Of a stretch of DNA of 64,000 nt, positions 29,201-37,333 are shown one piece after another. The stretch's first letter is position 1; each line of letters opens with the position of its first letter. The stretch is from contig JAOACW010000007.1 of NCBI GenBank assembly GCA_026417625.1, positions 19,658 to 83,657 on the forward strand, given 5' to 3'. Both the position numbers and the translations under genes were made by a program. A model generated the notes under the pieces. It did no database searches, was not told the origin of the DNA, and saw only the letters and a program-made list of their open reading frames with translations. This stretch comes from Syntrophales bacterium. GTDB lineage: Bacteria > Desulfobacterota > Syntrophia > Syntrophales > UBA8958.

Positions 29201-29524
29201 CTTCCTTAAGCGATCTTTTTTACCCGTATTCGACACAAGGTGATCGTAAAGTATATTCTGAATACCCAACCCACCGTTTCGTTGAGCTATACTTTCTGCA
29301 ATACTTTGATCCATAACCATATACCACGTATCTGTAATAACCCCCTGACTGAATACACCCCCCCTTGGAACGGTCCGCCTCATTGTCTTCAACATCTGGT
29401 AAATGAGGAGTGCCTCAAAATCAGCACAGGCTCTTTTCAAACGCTTCTCATTGTTGCTTTGTTGATTCTCAAAAGCTATTCCTTGATTTGAAACACCGTC
29501 AATTTTACCAAATGGCTTCATCAA
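29198..29524 (-). CDS. flgJ: FlgJ, rod-binding domain only (no muramidase domain)
   Basis: ACADFEALLIYQMLKTMRRT is the Rod_binding signature. The protein is only 108 aa. Confidence 0.8.
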   Translation of the reverse strand: MMKPFGKIDGVSNQGIAFENQQSNNEKRLKRACADFEALLIYQMLKTMRRTVPRGGVFSQGVITDTWYMVMDQSIAESIAQRNGGLGIQNILYDHLVSNTGKKDRLRK

Positions 29525-30711
29525 ATCACCCTAAGTTCAGCCTGTAACGCCCCTGCAGCTTTAATTGCCTGTAGTATTGTTATTAGATCACGGGGAGAAA
29601 CCCCAATAGCATTAAGAGACTGCACTATGTCCCGGATGCTCACACCCTCTTGAATAAGGTGCAACTGTCTCTTTTCTTCATACACTTTAACGTCAGTGTC
29701 TTTGGTAACCACGGTTTGTCCCCCTGGAGCCACAATTGTGCCACTCTTCCCTTCATAGGAAGGCTGAGTCGCCTGTTCCGGAGGTCTTGGTGAAAAAGGC
29801 AACGGCTGTGAAACCCGCATACTTTCCTTAATGGTTATACTAAGATTACCATGGGCAATAGCCACAGTGGAAACTCTTACGTTCTCCCCCATAACTACTG
29901 TCCCGGTTTTTTCGTTTATTACGACAACAGCAGGCTGGCTTACAGGAATGTCGATATTTTCCAGATCGGAAATAACTTCCATTATCTTCTTCTGTACACC
30001 TTCAAGCAATGTAATAAGGACAGTCCCCGAATCCTTCGGCTGGGCATAAACCCTATCGGACATTAATGCATTTATGCGGTGAGCCATATCTTTAACAGTG
30101 GTAAAATCAGGATTGTAGAGGTTAATTGTGAACGTGTTCACCTTCGTGAAATCTAGAGGAACCTCTCTTTCCACAAGAGCACCGTTAGGCACTACACCCA
30201 CGTTCGTTTGATTTTTGGTCACTGACGCTGTTGCACCCCCTGCGGTAAAACCTCCGATAAAAACCGGCCCCTGGCAAACAGCATACACTTCTCCATCCGG
30301 CGCTCTAAGTGGTGTCATGATAAGTGTCCCACCCTGTAGACTTGTAGCATCCCCAAGGGAGGAAACCGTACAATCCAAGCGCGTCCCATTCTTTGCGAAA
30401 GGGGGGAGATTCGCAGTAACTATCACAGCTGCCGTATTTTTTGATTTTATACTCTCCATACGTTCTTTAACGGAAAGTCCCTGTCTGCTTAACATGTTGG
30501 CGATAGTTTCCCTTGTGAAACCATTTTTGACATCGTCGCCTGTCCCCATCAAACCAACTACTAGTCCGTAACCAACAAGTTGATTGGACCTCACCCCACC
30601 AATACCCGCTATGTCCTTTATGCGTGCACTATAACAAACTGAGATTGAAAAAAATTCCGCTATAATTGCAACAATCAAAACTTTAGAAACAAAAGAACCA
30701 ACAGATTTCAT
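29521..30711 (-). CDS. flgI: P-ring protein FlgI
   Basis: RIKDIAGIGGVRSNQLVGYGLVVGLMGTGD and the C-terminus LITILQAIKAAGALQAELRVI. Confidence 0.95.
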   Translation of the reverse strand: MKSVGSFVSKVLIVAIIAEFFSISVCYSARIKDIAGIGGVRSNQLVGYGLVVGLMGTGDDVKNGFTRETIANMLSRQGLSVKERMESIKSKNTAAVIVTANLPPFAKNGTRLDCTVSSLGDATSLQGGTLIMTPLRAPDGEVYAVCQGPVFIGGFTAGGATASVTKNQTNVGVVPNGALVEREVPLDFTKVNTFTINLYNPDFTTVKDMAHRINALMSDRVYAQPKDSGTVLITLLEGVQKKIMEVISDLENIDIPVSQPAVVVINEKTGTVVMGENVRVSTVAIAHGNLSITIKESMRVSQPLPFSPRPPEQATQPSYEGKSGTIVAPGGQTVVTKDTDVKVYEEKRQLHLIQEGVSIRDIVQSLNAIGVSPRDLITILQAIKAAGALQAELRVI

Positions 30712-30737
30712 AAAATTAGCACGCCCCCATCAGTAGG

Positions 30738-31451
30738 CTAGAAAGGCCATATCCAGTCAAGGATACGTGTACCCCATCCCGGTCGCATCTTATCATTAAT
30801 AACACCAGAACCTGTAAATACTATCCGCGCATCAGAAATACTTGTTGAATACACATAATTTTCAGCTGTAACGTCCTGTGGACGAACAATACCGGTTATT
30901 ATAAGGTACTGATCCTCTGCATTTATCGTTATTTGCTTACGTCCCTCAATTAACAGATTTCCGTTTTCCAGCACCTTAACAACCCTACCAGTTACCACAG
31001 CCTTCAACGTACTTCCCCTGCTCGTGTCTCCGCTTCCTTTAAGAGAATTCGTGGATTCCCCACCCACCGAGATGGAACTTCCCATATTGGGGTTTCGCTT
31101 TAAAATTGAGGTATCTATACCTAGAAGCGCTGAGATTGAGGTACCAGTAGTAGTTGTTCTGCTGGTATTTGTCGTAGCCCTGTTCTGTCCCAGAGACGAT
31201 TCTTCTATTACAATTGTTATTGTATCATTGACGTAACGAGCCTTGTTATCGGTGAAAAGCATATTCCTATTATTTTCGCCAACCCACAAGGAACCTTGAG
31301 CTGGTTGAACACTCGGTGCATGTTTTGCTTCAGGAAAGGCATTGTAATGTTCCGGTTTCACGCTGTACCTTTCCGCACACCCACAGATAAACAGCATAGA
31401 AACAATAAATATCAAAACCCCTCTAATAATCAATAACAACATGGTTCTCAC
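30738..31451 (-). CDS. flgH: L-ring lipoprotein FlgH
   Basis: Lipobox-like LFICGC; GSLWVGENNRNMLFTDNKARYVNDTITIVI; C-terminus ISDARIVFTGSG. Confidence 0.9.
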   Translation of the reverse strand: MRTMLLLIIRGVLIFIVSMLFICGCAERYSVKPEHYNAFPEAKHAPSVQPAQGSLWVGENNRNMLFTDNKARYVNDTITIVIEESSLGQNRATTNTSRTTTTGTSISALLGIDTSILKRNPNMGSSISVGGESTNSLKGSGDTSRGSTLKAVVTGRVVKVLENGNLLIEGRKQITINAEDQYLIITGIVRPQDVTAENYVYSTSISDARIVFTGSGVINDKMRPGWGTRILDWIWPF

Positions 31452-32169
31452 CTACCACCCTTGCATATACAATCCGATTAGAAGACATGTTTCTAACCTT
31501 CACTATCGCATCTCTCATGCCGTCCTCTTCACAGATGGCCACTGTATCTATCTGTATCGACCCTCTATCGAGCTGAAGTTTAACCACCTTTCCTTTTCTC
31601 ACAAGGATAGGTTCCTTTAAAACGTCCTGCGTAATTTCTACACCCTTTGCAACAGGTGCAACAAGCACTCTCCCTACGACCTGATCAACAGAGGACACAA
31701 GCTTCGGATTTAAATGATAAACCCACTTACTTTTAACTTCTACATCCTCAGCCTGCAGAATCCTATTTCTACCAAGGGACTCCCTGGCAACTACAACCGG
31801 CCTATTCACAGCAACACGAACTGGAACCACAATGTTTTTTTTCATACCTTTAGAAGTTTCCAAAGTGACATTGAAAGAAAGATTTCCTATAAACTCTCCA
31901 CTTCCGATCCTTTCCACATAAATAATCACCTTTTCCCCTACAGGCAATTTCCTCGCCCAAGCATTTTCCAAGAATTCAATATGCACATCTTCCTTCGCCC
32001 ATGGGATACCTCCTTCAATGTATTGACGCACAACCTGTCTTATAGATCTTTCATCCACCATCTGGGTTTTGTGGAGTTCAGAGGCACCCAATTGATGACT
32101 AGCGTTTAAGGTTATTAACAATGCCCAACATAGAATCAGCAGTTTGTATCGACTTTGAATTGATCTCAT
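31423..32169 (-). CDS. flgA: P-ring assembly chaperone FlgA
   Basis: Signal peptide MRSIQSRYKLLILCWALLITLNA. SAF/ChapFlgA-like C-terminus (RILQAEDVEVK...GKVVKLQLDRGSIQI). Start taken at ATG 32169. Confidence 0.8.
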   Translation of the reverse strand: MRSIQSRYKLLILCWALLITLNASHQLGASELHKTQMVDERSIRQVVRQYIEGGIPWAKEDVHIEFLENAWARKLPVGEKVIIYVERIGSGEFIGNLSFNVTLETSKGMKKNIVVPVRVAVNRPVVVARESLGRNRILQAEDVEVKSKWVYHLNPKLVSSVDQVVGRVLVAPVAKGVEITQDVLKEPILVRKGKVVKLQLDRGSIQIDTVAICEEDGMRDAIVKVRNMSSNRIVYARVVGENHVVIDY

Positions 32170-32884
32170 AGTTACGCTGCCCCACAATCATTTTGACCAT
32201 TTCTTCGATAACATTAACGTTAGACATTTCGAGGAAGAATTGATTTATATAGCCTCTACCCTCTGTGCCGGGATTTCCCACAAGGGCATCCCCAGAGGCA
32301 TCCGTTTTATCAAAGAGATTCCTTCCTAGACTAGTAAGACCTGCGGGATTGACAAAACGTGCTATCTGAATCTGACCTACCTGCGTTATGTTACCTGCCT
32401 GATCCGTGACTGAAACAACCCCTGTCTTGTCTACCGTTATAACGAGAGCGGTACTGGGGATGTTTATTGTGGGTACCAATAAAAGCCCTTCTGAGTTAAC
32501 GATATTACCATCCTTGTTTAGTTTAAAACTACCCGCCCTAGTATAAACCGTTTTGCCAGTACCGTCATCAACCTGAAAGAATCCCTCTCCCTCTATAGCC
32601 CAGTCAAGGGAATTACCCGTTTGAACAAAATCACCTTGAGTAAATATCTTCTGGGTAGAGACAGCCTTCACACCCATACCGATCTCCATTCCTGCTGGTA
32701 GCTGGTTACCCGTTGCCGAAGTTGAGCCGGCCTTTGTCAAAACTTGATACATAAGATCTTGAAAATTGGCCCTCGACCTTTTGAAACCGACTGTATTTAT
32801 GTTTGCAAGATTATTGGCAATAACATCCTGCTCAATCTGCTGTGCTGTCATTCCAGTAGCTGCCGTGTAAAGAGATCTAATCAT
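32099..32884 (-). CDS. flgG: distal rod protein FlgG
   Basis: MIRSLYTAATGMTAQQIEQDVIANNLANINTVGFK and the C-terminus SNVNVIEEMVKMIVGQRNYE. Confidence 0.95.
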   Translation of the reverse strand: MIRSLYTAATGMTAQQIEQDVIANNLANINTVGFKRSRANFQDLMYQVLTKAGSTSATGNQLPAGMEIGMGVKAVSTQKIFTQGDFVQTGNSLDWAIEGEGFFQVDDGTGKTVYTRAGSFKLNKDGNIVNSEGLLLVPTINIPSTALVITVDKTGVVSVTDQAGNITQVGQIQIARFVNPAGLTSLGRNLFDKTDASGDALVGNPGTEGRGYINQFFLEMSNVNVIEEMVKMIVGQRNYEINSKSIQTADSMLGIVNNLKR

Positions 32885-32896
32885 GATGCCTCCTTT

Positions 32897-33589
32897 CTAC
32901 GCAATGCGACCAATGCGGCTTGTGGATAATTTGTCTCCATCATTTATCGTTTGAATCAATCTCTGATATGTTTCCATTAACCTGTGGAGTTCGATCATGT
33001 TCACCATTTCTCGTATTACATTCACATTGGAAAATTCTAGGTAGCGTTGCCTCACATTGTGATGTTTTTCTACCTGCTCCGGAGATTCCTCTGATCTAAA
33101 GTAACCGTTGACATCTCGCGACAGTTTGTTTAAATTTTTAAACGTTACAATGGACAACTGACCAACGGGATTACCATCAACAACCAACGTACCATCTGAA
33201 CTCACATCCACATTGCTTCCCTGAATTCTCAGAGGACCCGAGATCCCCATCACACGATCACCCCATTGAGTAACAAGATAACCCTCATGATCAATTGTAA
33301 AATCTCCCCTCCTTGTGTATCGGAGTCCCTCTGCTGTCTGCACAACAAAAAAACCTTCTCCCGATAAGGCAAAATCGAAAAGATTACCCGTAAACTGAAC
33401 AGAGCCTTGACGAAAATCAATAACCGTTTTCTCATCAAACATTTTACTTTCTTTACCCGATTCATAAACGATACAATCCTGCTTAAAACCGGTGGTTGCT
33501 GCATTTGCGAGGTTGTTAGAAACAACATCCATACGCTTCATCACCCGTTCAGCAAAATGAGATACCTGAACCACATCGTTTATCATCAT
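32897..33589 (-). CDS. flgF: proximal rod protein FlgF
   Basis: MDVVSNNLANAATTGFKQD and the C-terminus SNVNVIREMVNMIELHRLMETYQ. Positioned upstream of flgG. Confidence 0.8.
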   Translation of the reverse strand: MMINDVVQVSHFAERVMKRMDVVSNNLANAATTGFKQDCIVYESGKESKMFDEKTVIDFRQGSVQFTGNLFDFALSGEGFFVVQTAEGLRYTRRGDFTIDHEGYLVTQWGDRVMGISGPLRIQGSNVDVSSDGTLVVDGNPVGQLSIVTFKNLNKLSRDVNGYFRSEESPEQVEKHHNVRQRYLEFSNVNVIREMVNMIELHRLMETYQRLIQTINDGDKLSTSRIGRIA

Positions 33590-33622
33590 CTACCTCAAAA
33601 ATTCTTTTTTGTGATTTTATTT

Positions 33623-33638
33623 TGCAATTGATGTGCCA
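33623..33638 (-). promoter_or_regulatory. sigma54 promoter of flgF-G-A-H-I-J, TGGCACATCAATTGCA
   Basis: Perfect consensus TGGCAC-N5-TTGCA, 35 nt upstream of the flgF start. Confidence 0.8.
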
Positions 33639-33734
33639 ATAATTTATCTCACTCAACAGAGTGAAATTTCAGCTAAGTTTGCAAAATAGATTTCAACGTG
33701 CGTAGAAAGTTAAGGAAGGAATTTTTTTCCCGAG

Positions 33735-34025
33735 TCAATTATTTGGCAGATTTTCCCTTTTTTTCTCGTTTAGTCGATAAACAAAAGCCAAAATTTCTGC
33801 GATCGCACGGTAAAGTTCTGAAGGAATCTCCTCTTCCAGTTCCAGCCGGCACAGCACTTGAACAAGCCAGGGATCTTCTTTTATTGGTATTCCATGCTCC
33901 CGAGCAAGTGCGATTATTTTTTCAGCGACAAAACCACGGCCTTTTGCGACTACGCGTGGGGCTCTGTCCCTTTGTGCATCATAAGCAACAGCAGCGGCAA
34001 GGAGTTTCTCGGACCTTTTCTTCAT
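33735..34025 (-). CDS. free-standing FlhB C-terminal-subdomain paralogue (EscU/YscU/FlhB-C like, no NPTH)
   Basis: AVAYDAQRDRAPRVVAKGRGFVAEKIIALAREHGIPIKEDPWLVQVLCRLELEEEIPSELYRAIAEILAFVYRL aligns residue for residue with FlhB 42187-43257 from just after its NPTH site. Confidence 0.85.
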   Translation of the reverse strand: MKKRSEKLLAAAVAYDAQRDRAPRVVAKGRGFVAEKIIALAREHGIPIKEDPWLVQVLCRLELEEEIPSELYRAIAEILAFVYRLNEKKRENLPNN

Positions 34026-34033
34026 TCTCTGAC

Positions 34034-35182
34034 CTATGCGAAAACACTCAACGTTTCCAGATTATTTACAAATAGTCTACTTCTGTAATCCGTAATCATC
34101 CTTTTAAAATCAGCTTCGTATGTGCACGTAAAATAATTAACTATGAATCCGGCATCAATCAAAAGATCTTTCAATTTTGGCAACTGTTCTGAAATCTCAA
34201 AATGTGTGGATTTTTCACAACAACAAATATGACAATCCATACTCTTACCCTTTATCCACACTTCGACAAATATCTCACCCAACATATCGGGATTAAGCAA
34301 CATAACAAAGTGATACGTTCTTTCGTTGGTGGATTCACTCTGTATCCATCTTTCTATATACAGGTCCTGTTGTAGTATTCCACCTGGAATCATCACTGGT
34401 ATGGGAAAGTAATACGGATCACCGTACTGCTCAGCTACGACATTTAAAATCTGTAGTGTTTCTATCGATTCAACCGCTTCCTGTACTTTTTTGCAGAATT
34501 GCTCAATAAACATCCTTTCTAAACAGTCATCCGTACTCTCCATTAAGTTCCTCAATACCTGCAGAAGTTCCAAATATGCACCCTTTAATCCCGCCCTCTC
34601 TCTGATTTTCGAATCAGACCTGTTATCATGGAGAGTTTTCAACAAACCACTTTCAAAGATAAGCCCCATGTGCTTAACATATCCACTAATATCAGGTGAT
34701 CCTTCACCACCTCTAACGAAAGAAAATAAAATCCTCTTCAAGAAATGATTAACCCTCTCAACATGTTTGGTAACAACCTCTCGAGTGTATGGAGAGACAT
34801 CTCTTAGTGCATCAATACATTTAAAGAATTCCATCAATGAATGTGTGAATCGCTGGGGATTGGACCGATGTAGCAGCAAATAATACTTGATACCAGAGTC
34901 AGACTCTTTCGTAGAGAGAATTTCCAATTCTATACGAGGGAAAACATTTTTAACACGCAACAGAAGACTACTGCCTGCCTCAACATGTGTTTCTGTTCTT
35001 ACTGTAAGAAGATTTCTATTACCTATCTGCAAAACCACAGCATCGCCATTTTTTTTCAAAACATAAGCCTCAAATACGGCACCGGGTCTAAAGATTTCCC
35101 TCAGAATCATCTCACTTTGGACCCCACCCATAAAAGCGCCTTGACTACGTAACAACTCTGGTGGTTTTACGTTGAAATTCAT
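34034..35182 (-). CDS. hypothetical protein with a FliK C-terminal (Flg_hook)-like domain
   Basis: LLNPDMLGEIFVEVWIKGKSMDCHICCCEKSTHFEISEQLPKLKDLLIDAGFIV parallels FliK SLQPETLGKVEMDLYVSEDRVKLLVVVENEIVKHLIKSGMEDLRSSLQQQGLQI. Confidence 0.55.
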   Translation of the reverse strand: MNFNVKPPELLRSQGAFMGGVQSEMILREIFRPGAVFEAYVLKKNGDAVVLQIGNRNLLTVRTETHVEAGSSLLLRVKNVFPRIELEILSTKESDSGIKYYLLLHRSNPQRFTHSLMEFFKCIDALRDVSPYTREVVTKHVERVNHFLKRILFSFVRGGEGSPDISGYVKHMGLIFESGLLKTLHDNRSDSKIRERAGLKGAYLELLQVLRNLMESTDDCLERMFIEQFCKKVQEAVESIETLQILNVVAEQYGDPYYFPIPVMIPGGILQQDLYIERWIQSESTNERTYHFVMLLNPDMLGEIFVEVWIKGKSMDCHICCCEKSTHFEISEQLPKLKDLLIDAGFIVNYFTCTYEADFKRMITDYRSRLFVNNLETLSVFA

Positions 35183-35643
35183 TCTTTCTGAGAACTTCTG
35201 AACCTTATGATATTATTGAGGAGGTCTAATTCGCCGGCCGTTAAATTAAGTTCCCTCGCTATATCTTTAAGTTCGTGCCCCATCTCTAACAACTTTAAAG
35301 CTTTACCGTATCTCTCCCGTTCCACTTCCTCATCTTCTCTATTCGACGGAAGGCTGTACATCTTCTCCGCTTTTTCAACAATTTCATGGAGGCGTTTCTC
35401 TCGCTCATCAAGTGATGTGGCAATAGTCTGTAGTTCCCTTTTGCCCTCATCCAATTTTGCCATAAACTCGGAGGCAAAAGTCTGCGATTCATCCATCAAA
35501 CGCTTAAGTTCAACAAAATCAGCCTGAGAGACTACTAACTGCTCTTTTTCCTTGGAGCGTATAGTCCGAAAAAGCAACATCAAAACAGCAAGGAGGAAAA
35601 CATCTATAAGTAGTTGAATAATCTGCAAGGTGATCAACGTCAT
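35179..35643 (-). CDS. membrane-anchored coiled-coil protein, DUF2802-like C-terminus
   Basis: One TM segment (LIDVFLLAVLMLLF). C-terminus YGKALKLLEMGHELKDIARELNLTAGELDLLNNI. Start taken at ATG 35643, 1 nt after the upstream stop. Confidence 0.5.
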   Translation of the reverse strand: MTLITLQIIQLLIDVFLLAVLMLLFRTIRSKEKEQLVVSQADFVELKRLMDESQTFASEFMAKLDEGKRELQTIATSLDEREKRLHEIVEKAEKMYSLPSNREDEEVERERYGKALKLLEMGHELKDIARELNLTAGELDLLNNIIRFRSSQKE

Positions 35644-35644
35644 T

Positions 35645-35959
35645 TCACACCTTAATGTCAATGTGATCCTTTTTAGTCCGTGGAAGCTCACCCCCACTTT
35701 TTTTCTCCTCTCCCTTATCCTTTCCACTACCCTTCTCTCTCTTATGACTGCCACCACCGCCTTCGTAGCGATCCACTTGAAAACTTAGAGGCTGTTCTTC
35801 AGGTGTAAATTTTACAGTCTCCCGCTGTTTCTTTCTTTCCACATCAAACTGATGGGCAAAGTGGCGCTGTTGCACATCAGAGTACTGCTGCTGAATATTC
35901 TGCACTTTCTCAGCTATGTGCAACTGTGTTATAGCTTGTTGAGTATCTATAGGTTTCAC
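35645..35959 (-). CDS. YjfB-like putative motility protein (104 aa)
   Basis: Q-rich N-terminus (IDTQQAITQLHIAEKVQNIQQQ) and terminal ...DHIDIKV, as I recall for the B. subtilis YjfB family. A sigma28 promoter lies 40 nt upstream. Confidence 0.45.
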   Translation of the reverse strand: MKPIDTQQAITQLHIAEKVQNIQQQYSDVQQRHFAHQFDVERKKQRETVKFTPEEQPLSFQVDRYEGGGGSHKREKGSGKDKGEEKKSGGELPRTKKDHIDIKV

Positions 35960-35999
35960 CGCTTCTACTTAAGAAATGAATTTACCGTCTATGCTATAA

Positions 36000-36027
36000 T
36001 AATCGGTTACGGTTCTTCTTTTTTTTA
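36000..36027 (-). promoter_or_regulatory. sigma28 promoter, TAAAAAAA-N12-ACCGATTA
   Basis: Read on the minus strand as TAAAAAAA AGAAGAACCGTA ACCGATTA. It overlaps the stop codon of the upstream kinase-like gene. Confidence 0.65.
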
Positions 36028-36765
36028 ACTTTCAAACCAAATTTCCACAACCTGAGTTCCATCCTCTACCCTACAAGATGTATTGCACCCAATAAGCTGT
36101 AAAAGTTTTATTATATCCTTAACCGGAACGAGACAATCATCCCCCACATCCGCATTTTCATTATTAAGGCTGCCATTGGAAACAAAGGGATAATACACCT
36201 TCAGTCCTACACGATTCCCCTCTCTTAACGTTGAAATTTTCAACTTCTTATCTTGTGTTTTTTCGATGTCCCTAATAGCGTTATGCAAAATTGCCCATAT
36301 ACAAACAGAAAGAAACGCCGGTATAGTCCTCAAAGTTGGAAGATCATCCTCCAAAGTAAATTCCTTCACCACCTGGTGTTTGAATTTTAGGTAATTCTCA
36401 GCAAAACTAAGCTCCGTTTTCAAAAAATCAGTTAACGAAATCGTAACCTCCTCAGGGTAGTGCAAATATTGGAATTTAGTACCCACAACCTCAAACATCC
36501 TGTGAAAACGCTCTGATTCATCGTTCATTATTTCAACGTCTCTGATTAATCTACTAAGAAGTTCACCACAATGATTCATAACATCGGGGTGATTCTCTTC
36601 GATTAGAGCTACAAGTTGTTGAATCCTTCTACTCATTATCTGTGCCCGCCCCATGATACCATTCAATGGATTAGCAAAGTTATGAATGATACCTGGTATC
36701 AGCTCACTCACAATCGTTGACTTGAAATCCTCTTCCAGCTTTTTGTAAATATTCTGCGCCTCCAT
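36025..36765 (-). CDS. degenerate histidine-kinase-like protein (H-box and N-box present, ATP lid missing)
   Basis: H-box IIHNFANPLNGIMG and N-box ILHNAIRDI. G1 is degenerate (VSNGS) and there is no GxGLGL G2 box. The C-terminal strand VEDGTQVVEIWF is retained. Confidence 0.55.
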   Translation of the reverse strand: MEAQNIYKKLEEDFKSTIVSELIPGIIHNFANPLNGIMGRAQIMSRRIQQLVALIEENHPDVMNHCGELLSRLIRDVEIMNDESERFHRMFEVVGTKFQYLHYPEEVTISLTDFLKTELSFAENYLKFKHQVVKEFTLEDDLPTLRTIPAFLSVCIWAILHNAIRDIEKTQDKKLKISTLREGNRVGLKVYYPFVSNGSLNNENADVGDDCLVPVKDIIKLLQLIGCNTSCRVEDGTQVVEIWFES

Positions 36766-36775
36766 GGTCTTCCTC

Positions 36776-37324
36776 TTATGAGATTACCAGAAATTTTGTT
36801 ATGTATATATCACGCACACAACTCATTCCTATCATCCTATTGACGTTATCTTTAAGCTTCTTTTTCAACGTTTTCCTGACAAACGTATTGGAGATTAAAT
36901 CATCCTTCTCATCATCAAGAGTCTGATATATAATTTTTCTTATCTCCTCCAGTTTTCCTAAAACAAGTTCCCTTCTCCCATCATCAACCTCCAAGGTGAA
37001 ACTGCACGACAAAATATATTGTCGATCTCTAATATCCTTAACAGATACGAGCAAATCATCAACACTAAAATGCTCCACCTTCGGAACTGAGTTATCAAAT
37101 TCTAGTGAAACTCCAGTCCTTTCTTTTAAATTCTCTGAGAAGTTTCTAAAATACCACCAGCTCCCTCCTGCGACAATCAAAAATAAAACAACAAACGATA
37201 GTATGATATATGAACCCCACAACTTCTCTTTAAAAGAGATCTGCTCTTTAGAAGGTGAATCCGTTATTTCGACTTGACTTTCAGGTATCTCGTAAAGATC
37301 TAGTTTAGCTTTTCTCTTTGCCAT
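36776..37324 (-). CDS. FliL-family paralogue
   Basis: Single TM segment, then LLVSVKDIRDRQYILSCSFTLEVDD...KKKLKDNVNRMIG...VRDIYITKFLVIS. Compare FliL at 47033-47530, which ends VYFTEFIVQ. Confidence 0.6.
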   Translation of the reverse strand: MAKRKAKLDLYEIPESQVEITDSPSKEQISFKEKLWGSYIILSFVVLFLIVAGGSWWYFRNFSENLKERTGVSLEFDNSVPKVEHFSVDDLLVSVKDIRDRQYILSCSFTLEVDDGRRELVLGKLEEIRKIIYQTLDDEKDDLISNTFVRKTLKKKLKDNVNRMIGMSCVRDIYITKFLVIS

Positions 37325-37333
37325 ACACCCTCT

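Noticed and set aside
29358-29364. C7/G7 homopolymers at 29358-29364 (flgJ), 53338-53344 (cyclase gene) and 59595-59601 (argC), considered as phase-variation sites.
   Set aside because: They are one base shorter than the island G8 and lie in core genes (argC is essential for arginine synthesis). They encode ordinary PP/GG dipeptides, so they are more likely chance runs.
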